Below are positions 32,149 through 36,031 of a stretch of DNA of 36,031 nt, one piece after another. The stretch is from Basidiobolus ranarum (taxonomy: Eukaryota), in contig JASJQH010000061.1 in the NCBI GenBank assembly GCA_040143965.1, positions 1-36,031 of the forward strand. Reading direction: 5' to 3'. The notes under the pieces are model-generated. The model saw only the letters and a program-made list of their open reading frames with translations, had not been told where the DNA came from and searched no databases. The first letter of the stretch is position 1, and each line of letters starts with the position of its first letter. A program made the position numbers and the translations under genes.

Positions 32149-33859
32149 AGCATCCTTTAACCTCAACATCCCTCGCATGCACAGTCAATACATGTAGAAC
32201 ATATGTGTGCCCTTATTACCCTCCGATTTACATAATTCACCATCAACTTGTATTTTTGAAACTCGCCTCCTCGAATTTAGACCTTTTATCGAACCCTTAA
32301 TCTGAATTGATTTCACTCTGCTTCTTTCACACGATTACTTGTACATTTTGTTTCAGTGTCAAATCTGAATAATACCACATTAGAGCATACTTTAAATGTA
32401 TAAATTATTAATGTTCTGATGTTACTCTAAAATAAATCGTTCTAAGATCACAATTGTTTTGGATAAATGCAAGAAATATGTACAAGTGAAATATCATGAC
32501 ATGTATATTTAGTTAGACTCGCAGTATCTTGATCTTTTTGGTGACCACCTAGTTGAGGATCAGAGTAATTTAGATGATTCTACAATCAATATCTTCAATC
32601 TCAACAAAATTCCATCTATTCTTGGTAATAAATCATTTTCTCCACATTTGGAAATATATCGTGTCACACCCGAATTGAGTTGGTTGTTTATTCCCAGAAT
32701 ACATTTACCTCAACATACGATATTTATAAGCTGTCTTTATCCGATTGAGTCGGATCCTTTTGGATTGCCTTTTGTGGGCTGATATTGGATTCTACATGGT
32801 GATTGTGATATTGTATCGCACAAATGTTCAAGCGAGTATCTTGGTCAACGCCGAGTAAAGCATATCCCCTAGACTGTGGTTGGACTCGCCATTGATTTCT
32901 GACTCAAGTTATTTCTAGAATACCAACTCCTCTTCTTGGAATGATGGATTCATTTATTCAAATAGTTCCCATGCTTTCCAATCGATGAATAGAGACATTT
33001 AAACCACCCCCAAATTGAGATGGTTCATTTTGCTTGCATAGATTTAATATGACTGCAAGAAGATTGTGTAAATCGCCTCAAAAATCACCACTTCACATGA
33101 TTGCGGATTCCATTCCAATTTCACTGCAATCTCTCGCCCACCTGGCATGGGCTGAGTTTCGAAATGTTCCAGAGTTGGACCGTTTCGGAAGTATCATGGT
33201 ACAGTGGGTAAAGGTGATATCATCTACATTTTAGGCTGATAAATCTTTGTCAATGTACGCCCTTGAATACACATGGTCTCGCAACATTCCCAATTTCTTC
33301 TTTCATAGCCAGCCCGATCCTTATGAAGTAAACAATGGGGTTTGTTTCGTTCGACCAATCATCGCGGGGATACTCGAAATATGCGATGGAATCCAATATT
33401 TCTTGATTTGGACTAACGATGGAACGGTGTCATCTAATGTGTGGGCAAATGATCTACGGGGTAACCTCTGGTAACCAGAATTGATATCTTGTAGCTGAAC
33501 CGGTTAAATCATAGTTTCTCATATCCGTTGTATATCCATATATGGAATTAACCAGATCACTAGCTAGTTGCGGTCAGAGCTGAATGCAAGTTGAATGTAG
33601 ACTAAAAATCTCCGATCTTGAGATATGATCCGACCTATTTATTTATACAATATACATATATACACAACAAGCATTTGGTTAATCTATTCTTGGAGCACAA
33701 CGATGGTTATTTTTGTTGTGACGTATATGGGCTAGAATAAGTAACCATTAGTGGTATCAATGCCCCTTCGATGTATTACATACATACACCAAGTGCAGCT
33801 GGATACTTGATTAAATTAATTCTATTGCTGTGTAATTTGCATGCGAATTTAGCCACATA

Positions 33860-34581
33860 TTACCGGATTATAGCATGGTTTCTAGCTTGTAGTGGTCGCG
33901 GTTCATCATGATTTATCTCACTATAGGCCGGTGGCTCTCGTTGTCTCGTTGCACTAATAATACTATCGCTACTCTTGTAGGTTGGACATGTTTCCAATGT
34001 CAGTGAGATCGCCAGATTAGTAGGCAAAATGAAACTGGGTGCAGTGCCTGGCTCAGTATGATTGAGGATAAATTTCACTCTAGGATCGGATTTCCAGCAA
34101 AGCTTAATTATCGGTAGTAATTCGCCGAGAGATTTACCAGATTCGGTCACCAATATACGTGTATTGCTATAGTATTCAGGGGAACCAGGTATAGGTGAAG
34201 CATAATCTTCATTCTTGGTCGGACGTATCAAACATCTCGAAGGAGAATAGGCAAACTGATACAATGTGGTGAACTCGAACGTAATCCCGCGTCTAGTGCT
34301 TGCCTCATTGACACCACCTGTAAGTTCGATCCGGAGCTCCTGATGCTCGCCCATCCAATTTAATATACTCTTACGTAGGCCTGTAAATCCAAATTTGTTA
34401 TGATTGGAGGATAAGCCAATCTTTGTTAAATGCGGAGGAGTGATGATCTTGCTGAAGTATCCGTGTGATTGACCAGTGAGATCTAAGGTATAGGTGAATC
34501 ATGAATATGGATGTTGTCTCTCTCTGCTAACAATCTATGAATCTTACCAGACTTTCCTTCCAAATAGCCATATCGCATCAT
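33860..34581 (-). CDS. Hypothetical protein (~218 aa) with a C-terminal PPxY motif; exons 34581-34548, 34482-33860
   Basis: ATG exon, then a GTAAGA...TAG intron (34547-34483) that splices in frame into a 623-nt open exon (MMRYGYLEGKSD|LTGQSHGYFSK...EPPAYSEI...). No family recognised. Confidence 0.6.
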
Positions 34582-35999
34582 GTCAAGTGTGTTTATGTCT
34601 CGCAACATTTACACGATGAAGTATATTTAAACAAAAGCCCAGTATGACCAACCGTTTGTTCCCCCATGTGGTGAATATTTAGTCCTTTCATGGCTATACA
34701 CACACACATATGCTGATGTTTTGTGTTTAAAGTGGGTTCTAGCTTTATGCTAGATTCGCTTTCCATATGCAATATTGATATGGAGATATTGAAAATTAAC
34801 AAGCTTCTCAATGTAGGTGGTACAAGTAATGTGATGACTGATGTGAATTTGTAATGATCTGACCATCGGTTTACTTTACTCTGACCAATATATAGTTAAC
34901 CTCCTAATTCGATGTTCTTATGTGTTCTGATGCACCCCAACATCTGCATTTCCAAGTTCATGTGCTGATGTATGTATGGTTCGATAATACCTTGAAATGT
35001 GAAACCCTATATAAGCATTTTGCAATCACATTGTTGCTTTTGTGTGTCGAGATGGTGATTTTAGAAACAAGCATGAGGCTGTAATCATGCCTTTTTAGTG
35101 AAGCCAGGATGGACTCCCCTCAACCGTGCAAGCTAAGCCATTCATATATATATATATTTTTTGATTTCAAGCATGACACGATCTTGAGATAATCATGCTC
35201 CAGGGTTAGTGGACCAACTCTCGTCATCATTCAACCAGAGTTGACTTATATGGACTGAGCATAAAGTATCAACTCGTGTTACAGTATTAACTGCAGAGCT
35301 TTGAAGATTACATAAACTAGTTTTAGGTCAGGTATGGAAATGTTAGTTCTATGAAAATATGATGGGATCAATATCTTGTTTCTGGCATTATGATATTAAT
35401 ATGTAATATCCAATGATCCCCAATGATCCCTCCTTTGTTAGTCCAACTATTTGTAATTGTATGAATATAAAGTGAGCAATAATCTTCAAGTCAATTATTA
35501 CTCCAATAGCGCAGTTGTGCGCCTCATATACAATATATTCATGGATTGAAATTTAAAATATCCACAATCAATTGAGCGCAATGCATTGATCCAATAAGGT
35601 CGAATTAATTCATTGTCAAAAGTATTCATATGCAATGTAATGTGTCACACTGTTCATGTTCTTTTCAATTCTTTAGATATTAATCTCAGTCCAAGTGAAA
35701 TACTCCTCATAATTAAAAAATATGCAGTTGTCATTCTCCTGCTTCCTCGCTACTACCCAACTCTTGAATTGAAATTCGTTTGCAAAGCATCATTGTATTA
35801 TGCTCATAGTAATCTAGTTTGATGTGCATTCCATGAATTAGAGTCAGAGGGATAATCTCGAGTGTACAAAATAATCATTAAACATATGTAAAGGAGTATA
35901 TACATAGTGCATAGAGCTCTGAGTGCACAAGAATATTTAAATACAAGATTCTATTGGTACAAGTTCACATATTCATGAGAGAATTTTTCTTCTTGCAAC

Positions 36000-36031
36000 T
36001 GTTGAAATTAGCATTGCCTAAACACCTATAT
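36000..36031 (+). mobile_element. Start of a second LTR of the same copia family (truncated by the window end)
   Basis: TGTTGAAATTAGCATTGCCTAAACACCTATAT matches 745-776 at 26/32, including the 14-mer TTGCCTAAACACCT, and has the canonical TG start. Confidence 0.8.

Noticed and set aside
745-36031. A single giant LTR element carrying the 35 kb as cargo
   Set aside because: The left LTR is a 3' LTR (preceded by pol and a PPT), the right LTR lacks an upstream PPT, the two are diverged, and the interior is ordinary intron-containing housekeeping genes.

Overview
Eukaryotic, AT-rich genomic DNA with short GT-AG introns, from a fungus and probably an early-diverging lineage (Zoopagomycota/Mucoromycota-like; this is inferred from gene content and intron style). 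The left ~9.6 kb is an accessory, repeat-rich zone. It begins with a 58-codon open fragment of a MutS7-type (giant-virus/Campylobacterota-like) mismatch-repair ATPase on the minus strand, which the ORF track missed. That fragment is fused directly to a decayed, CpG-free Ty1/copia RT-RNase H end with its PPT and 3' LTR. Next come an intronless D-amino-acid-oxidase-family gene and a head-to-head pair of intronless TauD/JLP1-like dioxygenases that share promoter blocks. The core (9.9-26.5 kb) is a dense housekeeping block: RPL14, MDM12, RPS4, RPS14, RPS28, HSV2/WIPI3-like, a cyclophilin with a large insertion, SF3B2/CUS1, GAA1 and PRP19. The right part holds a BTB-like ORF, a Pcl/Clg1-type cyclin, an orphan PPxY gene, and the start of a second LTR of the same copia family at the very end. 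The top candidate is the apparently young MutS7 (possible endogenous giant-virus) insertion. The second is the set of animal-like TCT/5'TOP pyrimidine motifs upstream of the four clustered ribosomal protein genes.
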